Notes: generated by a model from the letters alone, not told the origin. A stretch of DNA of 64,000 nucleotides from an uncultured Holophagales bacterium (GCA_964603505.1 CAZRVT010000002.1:10312-74311), one strand, 5' to 3'. Numbered from the stretch's first letter, positions 1-8,376 are shown. Made by a program: numbers and translations.

Positions 1-56
1 TCACTCTGGATGATTCTTACACGTGGGGCTACGCTCCCTGCCTTCATGCGGGGCAA

Positions 57-779
57 ATGGCGTGGCCCCATTCGGAGGACGAATCTGTGCAGATCTTCTT
101 CTACGACGGAGCCGCCGTCCAGGCCCTGACCCCGATGGGGGAGGTCCACTTCAACCCCCATCTTCATCAGGGACAGGTGGTGTGGGAGCATCAAGTGGGC
201 GAGGCCCTGCATGATATCCACCTGTGGGACGGGCAGACGGTCCACAACCTGACGAGCGCCCCCGGGGGCAATTACGAACCGAGGATCAACAGGGGGCAGG
301 TGGTATGGGCGAATGACGGCGCCGTCCTGCGGTGGGAGAACGGCCGCACCCTTCAGGTCAACGCCCCCTACCAGACGGCAATCTATGCCGGCGTGCGCGA
401 CGGGGAGATCATCTGGCAGACGGTCGAATACGGCTTCGACGACATTGATCTCTGGGAACCCCGGCCGTGCGAGGTCCGGGACCTTCGCGTGGACAAGAGC
501 GGCACCCTGACCTGGTCTCCCCTGGCCTGCGGCAGCGCCGGCTACGATGTCATCCGCGGTAATTTGGGTGACCTGCAGGAGGGCGTGGACGAGATCGACC
601 TGGGAACGGTGACCTGCATCGAATCCAATTCCGCCAACACCACGGCGACCGACCCCGATCCCGGCAACCCGCCGCCGGGAACGGTCTGGTTCTATCTGGT
701 CCGCGGCATGCCCTACGGCGGCTACGGACAGGGCACGGAGAGGAAGCCCCTTGTGCCCTCTGGAGGCGGGTGTTCGTAA
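57..779 (+). CDS. hypothetical protein with three internal ~40-aa Trp-containing repeats (GQVVW...W..G); possibly secreted; start uncertain (GTG 24 or ATG 57)
   Basis: Open frame with a repeated motif (HQGQVVWEHQ / NRGQVVWAND / RDGEIIWQTV); no recognisable family; no clear RBS. Confidence 0.4.
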   Translation: MAWPHSEDESVQIFFYDGAAVQALTPMGEVHFNPHLHQGQVVWEHQVGEALHDIHLWDGQTVHNLTSAPGGNYEPRINRGQVVWANDGAVLRWENGRTLQVNAPYQTAIYAGVRDGEIIWQTVEYGFDDIDLWEPRPCEVRDLRVDKSGTLTWSPLACGSAGYDVIRGNLGDLQEGVDEIDLGTVTCIESNSANTTATDPDPGNPPPGTVWFYLVRGMPYGGYGQGTERKPLVPSGGGCS

Positions 780-884
780 TTCATTTTCGCCCGGCTTTTG
801 AATGACTCTTGAACTGGAAGGCCCGCCCCGTCCGTTCTTAAGATTGCCGATTCGGTCACCCTCGCGTAGAGCAAGGCCCTCAGG

Positions 885-890
885 TATAAT
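885..890 (+). promoter_or_regulatory. -10 box TATAAT 6 nt upstream of the ATG of the HD-domain gene (leaderless-mRNA configuration)
   Basis: Consensus TATAAT at 885-890, ATG at 897; no room for a Shine-Dalgarno; weak -35. Confidence 0.3.
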
Positions 891-896
891 TGGTGC

Positions 897-1430
897 ATGC
901 GAAACGACCTCATTCAACTGATCCCCGAGTTCGACCTGATCCAGGACCGGGAGCTGCGGGAGAAGACCCTCCAATGCTGGGAAGAGGGAATGCGGCTGGG
1001 GGGCTGGAAGCCCGAGGATCTGCGGCGCATGCCCTTCACCCTCCTTTACGACCCCTGTCCGGCCTCCATGCTGGAGCACACCCGGGGCAACGTCCTCGTC
1101 TGCGTGGCCGCCCACGACGCGCTGAAGAAGGTGTACGCCGGCGACCTGAAGATCGACCGCGACATCCTCGTCGCCGGGGCGCTCCTGCACGACGTGGGGA
1201 AGCTGCTCGAGATGGAAGAGAAGGACGGAAAGTTCGTCAAGAGCCGCTCCGGGAAACTCCTGCGGCACCCCGTTTCCGGCGCCTGCCTGGCCGCCCGCTT
1301 CGGCCTCCCCGAGCCCATCCTCCACATCATCGCCAACCACTCCAAGGAGGGCGACGGGATGCGGCGGACCAACGAGGGCGTGCTCCTCCACCACGCCGAC
1401 TTCACCAACTTCGAGATCTTTCAGAAATGA
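897..1430 (+). CDS. HD-domain phosphohydrolase
   Basis: His...HD...LLHDVGK...D motifs typical of HD superfamily metal-dependent phosphohydrolases. Confidence 0.75.
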   Translation: MRNDLIQLIPEFDLIQDRELREKTLQCWEEGMRLGGWKPEDLRRMPFTLLYDPCPASMLEHTRGNVLVCVAAHDALKKVYAGDLKIDRDILVAGALLHDVGKLLEMEEKDGKFVKSRSGKLLRHPVSGACLAARFGLPEPILHIIANHSKEGDGMRRTNEGVLLHHADFTNFEIFQK

Positions 1431-1464
1431 CCCGGCAACATATCCAGAAGCCGATATTGTGCCA

Positions 1465-1511
1465 GGCGGGAGAGGGCTTTCCCTCTCCCGCCAAGCGGAG
1501 TAAATCCGCTT
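1465..1511 (+). terminator. Very stable 12-bp GC hairpin (GGCGGGAGAGGG-cttt-CCCTCTCCCGCC) followed by a second 7-bp hairpin; possible terminator or leader structure between the HD gene and leuC; no U-tract
   Basis: Perfect inverted repeat 1465-1476/1481-1492, then AAGCGGA-gtaaa-TCCGCTT at 1493-1511. Confidence 0.3.
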
Positions 1512-1600
1512 GGTTCCACCCTCACCCCAACCCGGCGCTTCACCGCGCTCGGCTTGTCGCCGAACCTCCTGCGAGGTCCGGCCGCCAAAGGGATTAGCCC

Positions 1601-2848
1601 ATGGGCCAGACCTTCGTCCAAAAAGTGCTGGCGAGATACGCCGGCAAGAAAAGCGTGGAAGTGGGGGAGATCGTCACCGTCGCCCCCGACCACGTCCTCT
1701 CCCACGACAACTCCGCCGCCATCGCCAAGACCTTCGCCAAGATCGGCAAGCCGCAGGTGAAGGACCCCGCCCAGCCGGTGATCGTCCTCGACCACTGCGT
1801 CCCGGCGGCCGACAGCAAGTACGCCACCAACCACAAGGAGATCCGCGCGTTCGTCGCCGCGCAGGGGATCCGGCACTTCTTCGACATCAACTCCGGTGTC
1901 TGCCACCAGGTGTTCATGGAGCAGGGGTTCGCCGCCCCGGGGCGCCTCCTCCTGGGCTCCGACTCCCACACCACCACCTACGGGGCCGTGGGGGCCTTCG
2001 CCGCCGGCATCGGGCGGAGCGAGGCCGCCGCCCTCTGGGCCACCGGCCAGATGTGGCTGATGGTCCCGGAGACGATGCGGCTGGTGCTCAAGGGTAAACT
2101 GCCGGCCGACTGCTCCGCCAAGGATGTGGTCCTGTTCATCCTCGGCAAGATCGGAGCCGACGGCGCCCTCTACAAATCGGTCGAGTTCGCCGGACCGGTG
2201 GTGGAGGCGATGGAGGTGGACGACCGCATGGTCCTGACGAACATGGCCGCCGAGATGGGGGCCAAGAACGGCTATGTCCTTCCGGACGAGAAAACGAGGG
2301 CCTGGCTGAAGGGGCGGGTGCGCGGCCGGTACCAGGAAGTCCTTTCCGACCCCGACGCCGCCTATGCCGAAACGCTGGAATGGGACCTTTCCGATCTCCG
2401 GCCGCAGATCGCCTGCCCCCACTTCGTGGACAACGTCAAGGACGCCGCCGAGCTGCGCGGGACGCCGGTCCAGCAGGTGGTGGTGGGGACCTGCACCAAC
2501 GGCCGCCTGCGCGACCTTCACGAGGCCGCCGCGGTGCTGAAGGGGCGGAAAGTGGCCCGCGGCACGCGCCTGCTTGTTTTCCCGGCCTCCATGGCCATCA
2601 CCAAGCAGGCCCTGGCCGACGGCACGCTGGGGACGCTCCTCGATGCCGGCGCCGTCGTGATGAACCCCAACTGCGGGCCGTGCCTGGGGGCTCACGAGGG
2701 GGCGCTGGCGCCGGGGGAGACCTGCGTCTCCACCTCCAACCGCAATTTCAAGGGGCGGATGGGGTGCAACGAGAGCGCCATTTACCTGGCCAGCCCGCGG
2801 ACGGCCGCCATCACGGCGCTGAAAGGAGTCCTCGATGACACGCTATAA
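1601..2848 (+). CDS. leuC: 3-isopropylmalate dehydratase / homoaconitase large subunit (short archaeal-type LeuC/HACN aconitase-family)
   Basis: Aconitase-family motifs ([39 protein letters not shown]); ~415 aa small-type LeuC; followed by an overlapping LeuD. Confidence 0.85.
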   Translation: MGQTFVQKVLARYAGKKSVEVGEIVTVAPDHVLSHDNSAAIAKTFAKIGKPQVKDPAQPVIVLDHCVPAADSKYATNHKEIRAFVAAQGIRHFFDINSGVCHQVFMEQGFAAPGRLLLGSDSHTTTYGAVGAFAAGIGRSEAAALWATGQMWLMVPETMRLVLKGKLPADCSAKDVVLFILGKIGADGALYKSVEFAGPVVEAMEVDDRMVLTNMAAEMGAKNGYVLPDEKTRAWLKGRVRGRYQEVLSDPDAAYAETLEWDLSDLRPQIACPHFVDNVKDAAELRGTPVQQVVVGTCTNGRLRDLHEAAAVLKGRKVARGTRLLVFPASMAITKQALADGTLGTLLDAGAVVMNPNCGPCLGAHEGALAPGETCVSTSNRNFKGRMGCNESAIYLASPRTAAITALKGVLDDTL

Positions 2849-3320
2849 GGGGCGCGTCTTCAAATACGGCGACAACGTCAACACCGACGTCATCTTCCCC
2901 GGCAAGTACACCTACACGGTGACCGACCGCAGGGAGATGGCCAAGCACGCCCTAGAGGACCTGGACCCCGAGTTCATCCAGACGGTGAAGCCCGGGGACA
3001 TCATCGTCGCGGGGAAGAATTTCGGCTGCGGCTCCTCCCGCGAGCAGGCCGTCACTTGCGTCAAGGAGGCCGGGGTGGCGGTGGTGATCGCCGTTTCGTT
3101 CGCCCGCATCTACTTCCGCAACTGCATCAACGAGGGGCTCCCCGCCCTGGTGTGCCCCGCGGCGGTGGAAGCGATCCAAAACGGGGAAAGCGTGGAGGTG
3201 GACCTGGCCGCGGGAACGATCGCCACCGCCAAGGGCACCTTCGCCTTCCCGCCGTTCCCGCCCGCCGTGCAGGCCATCCTGTCGGCGGGGGGATTGATTC
3301 CATACCTTAAATCGATATGA
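2835..3320 (+). CDS. leuD: 3-isopropylmalate dehydratase small subunit
   Basis: Aconitase C-terminal swivel-domain pattern ([27 protein letters not shown]); 14-nt overlap with leuC. Confidence 0.85.
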   Translation: MTRYKGRVFKYGDNVNTDVIFPGKYTYTVTDRREMAKHALEDLDPEFIQTVKPGDIIVAGKNFGCGSSREQAVTCVKEAGVAVVIAVSFARIYFRNCINEGLPALVCPAAVEAIQNGESVEVDLAAGTIATAKGTFAFPPFPPAVQAILSAGGLIPYLKSI

Positions 3321-3475
3321 CAACAGCGGCTGGCTGCTGGCCGTTTACAGGGGCTCGGCATGCTGTGCCCTTGAGGGCTTCATCCGATCCGGAAAATGGT
3401 CGGATTGCCGCAGCAATCATATGGGCGGGGGAAGCGTCGCAGCGTCTTTGCGTCCCAGCATGAGAAAGGAAGCGA

Positions 3476-4825
3476 ATGACTAATCGATTTCTACGATTCA
3501 TCCTGGCTGCCCTGTTGCTGACGGGTCTGGCCTGCGGGCCCAAGGCGACCAGCACGGAGGAGTCGAAAAAGGCCCTCGACGCCGCCTACGAGAAGGCCAA
3601 CGCCGCCGTGGACGCCGCCAAGACGCCCCGGGAGAAAGCGGCCGCCTGCGCCGACTTCCTGAAGGCGCACCCCGAGTCCGAGCACACGATGGACATGCTC
3701 GAGACCCTCCTCTATTACCAGCTGGAGGAAGCCCGGGACGCCGCCGGGGCTCAACCCATCGTAGAGGGCCTCCTGGCCGGGGTCAAGGATCCGGAGCTGC
3801 TCCGCAAGATCAAGGTCGCCGGTCTCGCCATGTGGGCCAAGCTGGGGGACCAGGACATGGTGGCCGCGCGCGTGCGCGAGGTCTCCGTGGGGCCGCTCTC
3901 CTTCGACCAGCGGATGGCCATCGCCAACGCGGGAATGGAGACGGGGTTGTGGCCGATGGCCGAAGAGTATGCCGCCGGCGCGCTGATGGTGGCCACCCCC
4001 GAGGCCTTCAAGGCCGACCACCCGGGGCGGGAGTTCGCCCCCGACCGGATCGAACGCTACGTCAACCTCCGCAAGGCGGAGTGCCTGGCCGCCGCCGCGT
4101 GGGCCAGGGCCAACCTGGGCCGCTTCGAGCAGGCCTTCGCCACCTTCGAGCAAGCGCGCCCCTACACGAATTTCTCCTATCTGGGTTCCTCGGAGACCCC
4201 CTTCAACCTCTGGCTGGGCCGCACCCTGCTGATGCAGAAGGAATACGACAAGGCCTTCGAGACCCTCACCCCCGACGCCGTATTCGGCGGCACGCCGGAG
4301 GCGCTGGCGGCTTTGAAGGAGGTCTTCGTCGCCCAGACCGGCTCGGAGTTCGGGTTCGAGTCCAAGCTCGAGGAACTGCGCAACAAGCTGGCCAAAGCGG
4401 TGGTGGATTTCACCCTCCCCGACTACGCCGGCCGGGAAGTCACTTACGGCAAACAGAAGGAAGGCAAGGTGATGCTCCTGGCCTTCTGGTTCCCCACCTG
4501 AGGGGGATGCCGCGTGGAGTTGCCACGCCTCCAGCCGCTGTACGAGCAGTACAAGGACAAGGGGTTCGACATCATCGCCATCGAAGCGCGCCGCGACACC
4601 GACAACGCCAAGAAGCTGATCGCCGACCACAAGCTCACCTACACCTTCCTGGAAAACGGGGAGAACGACAAGGAAGTGGTCAGAAAGCTCTTTTCGGTCC
4701 GCGTCTTCCCCACCTCCTTCGTAATCGGGAAGGACAACAAGGTCTACTACTACCACCTGGGGTTCGAGGACGGGCAGGAAAAGGTCCTGGAAGAGGAGAT
4801 CAAGGTCCTGCTGGCGAAATCGTAG
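3476..4825 (+). CDS. Lipoprotein thiol:disulfide oxidoreductase (TlpA/ResA-like thioredoxin domain) with selenocysteine: in-frame TGA at 4499-4501 read as Sec, redox motif T-U-G-G-C; N-terminal ~300-aa helical lipoprotein domain
   Basis: Signal peptide plus lipobox LTGLAC. The sequence around the TGA, ...GKVMLLAFWFPT-TGA-GGCRVELPRLQPLYEQYKDKGF..., aligns residue for residue with the canonical TlpA FW-x-x-W-C-G-P-C-R-x-E-x-P-x-L-x-x-LY-x-x-YKDKGF. The frame continues uninterrupted (the track splits it into 3476..4501 and 4514..4825); a SECIS-like hairpin lies just downstream of the UGA. Confidence 0.7.
4512..4528 (+). promoter_or_regulatory. Candidate bacterial SECIS hairpin (GCGUGG-AGUUG-CCACGC) starting 11 nt after the UGA
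   Basis: 6-bp perfect stem with a 5-nt apical loop containing GUU, at the distance from the UGA expected for SelB-dependent recoding. Confidence 0.45.
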
Positions 4826-4853
4826 CCGGCAGTCGGTAGCCAGAAAAGCATTC

Positions 4854-4880
4854 GGGCGGGCCGTGGCGGCCCGCCCGTTT
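4854..4880 (+). terminator. Rho-independent terminator after the selenoprotein gene (GGGCGGGCC-gtggc-GGCCCGCCC then GUUUGCU)
   Basis: 9-bp GC stem directly downstream of the stop at 4825, followed by a T-rich run. Confidence 0.55.
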
Positions 4881-4895
4881 GCTATAATACAAGTA

Positions 4896-5324
4896 ATGGC
4901 CGCGCATCGCTCTATGTTGTTCTTGTTATGGCTGGTGCTTATTGCATCCAATGTTCACCCTTGCTCTTGTATCCCTACATCGGGGGGATTAGCAGGGATG
5001 ATTGAAGACGTAGATTCTGTCTTTCTTGGTCGAGTGATCTCAACAAATGTGGCGAGTGAAGAAGGATCCTCCTACATTGCGCATTTCCAAGTAATCAGAG
5101 TTTGGAAAGGTGCGAAGCAAGAAGAGAATTCTGTAATGACAGCCAATATTGGATCTTTATGTGGTGTTGATTTCATCCCTGGCCGCACATATCTTGTATT
5201 TTCAAGGAAGGGCGGGACCAACTGGTGCTTAGGGACAAAATCAGCCGATACAGCAAATAAGGAATTGAAACTGTTGGGTGATCCAATTTGGCAAAATCCC
5301 AAGGTTCGCGATTGGCATCCTTAA
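4896..5324 (+). CDS. Small secreted Cys-Ser-Cys protein resembling the TIMP / netrin-like (NTR) N-terminal domain; encoded in a low-GC islet
   Basis: Hydrophobic signal sequence, then the mature-like N-terminus CSCIP. Four Cys at relative positions ~1, 3, ~70 and ~98, consistent with TIMP N-domain disulfides C1-C70 and C3-C99. Conserved-looking blocks YIAHFQVIRVWKG and SLCGVDF...YLVF. TATAAT at 4883-4888 lies 7 nt upstream of ATG 4896; composition is clearly AT-richer than the flanks. Confidence 0.5.
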   Translation: MAAHRSMLFLLWLVLIASNVHPCSCIPTSGGLAGMIEDVDSVFLGRVISTNVASEEGSSYIAHFQVIRVWKGAKQEENSVMTANIGSLCGVDFIPGRTYLVFSRKGGTNWCLGTKSADTANKELKLLGDPIWQNPKVRDWHP

Positions 5325-5409
5325 AAGAATTAGTGAGCCAAACGAGTTGACCTGCCGGGCTCAGGCTTCGACCTTCCCCCTCCCCGCAGGCTAAAGCCTG
5401 CGGATACAT

Positions 5410-6309
5410 TCAAGCTTCCTGCTGCGCCTCATCTTTCGCTCCCTTCAGCGACGCCACGATGATCGCGGTGAAGATGAGCCCCATGCCGATGAACTGCGGC
5501 ACGCTTAAAGATTCCCTCAAAATGAAGAACGCCAGGATGGAGGCGCCGATGGGCTCGCCCAGAATGGTCACGGCCACCATGCCGGTCTTGAGGTGCTTGA
5601 GGGCCCAGTTGATGGTGGTGTGGCCGATGGCCTGGGGAAGGACGGCCATGGCGACAAGCGAAAGGTACGAGCTCCCCTTGAATCCCGAGACGGGGAGCCT
5701 TATCGCCAGGACCATGATCCACAGCCACACGGCGGAGAAGCCGTAGACGAGCGTGGCGTAGGCGAGGAGGTCCATCCGCTCGCGCATCCGGCTCCCGGTC
5801 ATCAGGTAGCCGCTGGCCATCACCGCCCCCAGCAGGGCCAGGGCGTCGCCCAGCACCGCGCTGGAGCCACCGGCGAGGAGCTGGTCCAGGCCGCCGTCGC
5901 CGAGGGCCAGGACCACGCTCCCGGCGAACGAGAGGGCGATCCCGGCGAGGAGGGCGAGCGGCTGGCGCTCCCTGAAGAGAATCCAGGAGAAGACGCCGAC
6001 GAAGATGGGGTTGGTGGTCACCAGGACGACGCTGGAGGCCACCGAGGTGTATTTCAGCGAGGTGACCCAGAAGGCGAAGTGGAGGGCCAAAAAGACGCTC
6101 CCCAGGAGGGCGCCCAGCCACGCCCGCCGCCCGAGGCCGCGGAAGGAGACCTGCTTCCACGCCGCGAGCAGGGCCATGATGACGGTGGCCATGGCCATCC
6201 GGTAGGCGGCGATGGTGATCGCCGGGACGTCGTCGCAGAACTTGATGAGGACCGAGGCGGTGGAGAGGCAGAGGATGCCGAGGGTGAGGATGATGATGGT
6301 CTTACCCAT
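5410..6309 (-). CDS. EamA/DMT-family transporter
   Basis: 10-TM duplicated EamA pattern; start MGKTIIILT chosen inside a longer spurious ORF. Confidence 0.8.
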   Translation of the reverse strand: MGKTIIILTLGILCLSTASVLIKFCDDVPAITIAAYRMAMATVIMALLAAWKQVSFRGLGRRAWLGALLGSVFLALHFAFWVTSLKYTSVASSVVLVTTNPIFVGVFSWILFRERQPLALLAGIALSFAGSVVLALGDGGLDQLLAGGSSAVLGDALALLGAVMASGYLMTGSRMRERMDLLAYATLVYGFSAVWLWIMVLAIRLPVSGFKGSSYLSLVAMAVLPQAIGHTTINWALKHLKTGMVAVTILGEPIGASILAFFILRESLSVPQFIGMGLIFTAIIVASLKGAKDEAQQEA

Positions 6310-7201
6310 CCATTTCCCCCCTCTTCGACAGGCGCAGAAACCCCGCCCCCTCGGCCACGAACATGGCCGCGACGACGAATACGGCGCCGACATATTGCCG
6401 CGTCCCCAGCACCTCGCCCCCGAGCCACCAGCCGAAGAAGGCCCCGGCCACGATCTCCATGGCATAGACCAGGCAGGCCCGGGTGGGGGTGAGGTACTTC
6501 TGGAACCCCGTCATGAGGAGAAACGCCACGACCGTGGCCAGGAGCCCCGTGACGAGGAGTCCCGTCGCCAGGACGGCGGTGAACCGCGGCGGGACGACCG
6601 CCGTCTCGAGGGTGGCGGAGCAGAAGAGGGCCCATACGGCCACCGTGGCGATCTGCGTGAAGGTCAGCGGAACCGTGGCATGGCGCTTGCTGTAGGTGTC
6701 GGTCAGAAGAATGTGGACGGCGTAGACCACGGCGCACATCAGGACCAGGAACTCGCCCAGCGTCAGCTTGGGGGTCTCCTTCAGCGTCATCAGCGTCAAG
6801 CCGATCGTGGAGAGCCCCACGGCGATCCAAGTGATGGGCTTGGGGACGCGCCGGAAGACGACGCTGGAGAACAGCGGGGTGAAGACGACATAGAGCCCGG
6901 TGATGAAGACGGTGATGGAGGCGGAAACGGTAGTGAGCCCCCAGGTCTGGAGGGAGAAGGCGGCGAAGAGGAACGAGCCGAGGATGAACCCGTCGCGGAG
7001 GGTGTCGCGCCCCATGCGGAGGATGGCGCGGGGATAGAGCAGCAGGAGGAAGAGCGCGGCGAGGGTGAACCGCATGAAGAGGAACGAGAACGGCTCCGCC
7101 GCCCGGAGCGACTCCTTCACCAGGACGAAGGTGGAGCCCCAGATGACGGAGACGGCAAGGAGGCCGAGGTCGGCGGCGAGGGCCTTGCTGAGGGGTTTCA
7201 T
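6302..7201 (-). CDS. EamA/DMT-family transporter (tandem paralogue, 8-nt overlap with the downstream gene)
   Basis: EamA-like hydrophobic repeats; MKPLSKALAADLGLLAVSVIWGSTF. Confidence 0.8.
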   Translation of the reverse strand: MKPLSKALAADLGLLAVSVIWGSTFVLVKESLRAAEPFSFLFMRFTLAALFLLLLYPRAILRMGRDTLRDGFILGSFLFAAFSLQTWGLTTVSASITVFITGLYVVFTPLFSSVVFRRVPKPITWIAVGLSTIGLTLMTLKETPKLTLGEFLVLMCAVVYAVHILLTDTYSKRHATVPLTFTQIATVAVWALFCSATLETAVVPPRFTAVLATGLLVTGLLATVVAFLLMTGFQKYLTPTRACLVYAMEIVAGAFFGWWLGGEVLGTRQYVGAVFVVAAMFVAEGAGFLRLSKRGEMDG

Positions 7202-7350
7202 GAGGGCTTGATGCTACCGTATATTTGAAGGGTCATCCGAAAGGGTACGGATGAGAGCATTTAAATCAAGTTTGCCCTCAAGGACTGCAACGGCCATGGA
7301 GGCGATCTCGCCTCGTCTGGAAGGTGAGTATCGGTCCGCAGGCATGAGGG

Positions 7351-8376
7351 CTAGAGCTCCACTTCCCTCAAGCGCTTCGCCGCGTCCTCCGGCAGGGTGG
7401 GGTTGATGTAGAACCCCGTGCCCCACTCGAAGCCGGCCATGCGCGTCAAGCGCGGAATGATCTCGATGTGCCAGTGGAAGTCCCACGGCAGGGTCTGCCA
7501 GTAGCCGGGGCGCTGGGGCTGGAGGGCGATGCTGGGGGCGATATGGAAGACGAAGTTGTAGGGCGGGTCGTTCAACGCGGCGCGGAGGCGGGCGAATGCC
7601 CCCTGGAGGGTCCGGGCCAGCGCGGTGAGCATGGGGCCCTCGCAGGCGAGGAAGTCGTGGGCGTGCCGGCGGGGCGCGATGAAGAGCTCGTAGGGGAACT
7701 GGCTGGCATAGGGGGCCAAAGTGACGAAATCGGCATCCGCGGCCACCACCCGATCTCGCCGCTCCAGCTCTTCGCGGAGGATGTCGCAGACGAGGCACCG
7801 TTCCTTGGCCATATAGTGCGCGCGCATGGACTCCAGCTCGATGGCCACGGTGCGCGGAGTGACGGGGGTGGCGATGAGCTGGCTGTGGGGGTGCTCGAGG
7901 GACGCCCCCGCGGCGGCCCCGTGGTTCTTGAAGAGGAGGATGTACCGGAATCGGGGGTCGCCCGAGAGATCGCGCACCCGGGCTTGGTAGGTCCGGAGGA
8001 TCCGTTCGATGTGCTCGACGGGGTGATCGGCGAAGCCGCGGCGGTGGTCGGGCCCCTCGATGATCACCTCGTGGGCCCCGATGCCCGCCATCCGGTCGTA
8101 GACGCCCACCCCCGTGCGGTCCAGATCCCCCTCGATGCGGAGGGCGGGGAACTTGTTGGGGACGACGCGGACCGCCCAGCCGGGTTGGTTGGGCCAGGTC
8201 CCCTCGCGCAGGGCCCAGATCTCGGGCGGGGTCGTCGCCTCGTGGGTGGGGCAGAAGGGGCAAAACACTTCCTGTTTTTCCGGCGTCGGCGGCAGGAACT
8301 CCATCGGCCGGCCGCTCCGCTCCGGAGCGATGATGACCCACCGTTTCTGGATGGGGTCGTGGCGCAGGTCAGACAT
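7351..8376 (-). CDS. galT: Galactose-1-phosphate uridylyltransferase-like HIT-family nucleotidyltransferase
   Basis: CPFCP zinc motif, FKNHGAAAGASLEHPHSQL active-site His-x-His-x-Gln, duplicated HIT fold; overlaps the upstream GH57 gene by 8 nt. Confidence 0.8.
   Translation of the reverse strand: MSDLRHDPIQKRWVIIAPERSGRPMEFLPPTPEKQEVFCPFCPTHEATTPPEIWALREGTWPNQPGWAVRVVPNKFPALRIEGDLDRTGVGVYDRMAGIGAHEVIIEGPDHRRGFADHPVEHIERILRTYQARVRDLSGDPRFRYILLFKNHGAAAGASLEHPHSQLIATPVTPRTVAIELESMRAHYMAKERCLVCDILREELERRDRVVAADADFVTLAPYASQFPYELFIAPRRHAHDFLACEGPMLTALARTLQGAFARLRAALNDPPYNFVFHIAPSIALQPQRPGYWQTLPWDFHWHIEIIPRLTRMAGFEWGTGFYINPTLPEDAAKRLREVEL

Noticed and set aside
1421-2695. 424-aa minus-strand ORF antisense to leuC (and similar long antisense ORFs, e.g. 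3491..4951(-), 8114..10237(+), 18808..20874(+), 22177..23808(-), 23687..25357(+), 51755..53620(+), 58340..59812(+))
   Set aside because: Typical stop-codon-poor antisense frames of high-GC DNA. Their translations are Arg/Gly/Pro/Ala-rich and low-complexity with no family resemblance, and each is fully covered by a well-supported gene on the other strand.
4514-4825. Stand-alone 103-aa ORF (MELPRLQPLYEQYKDKGF...)
   Set aside because: It is the in-frame continuation of the upstream lipoprotein across a UGA at the CxxC position. It is treated as the C-terminal part of one selenoprotein, not a separate gene.
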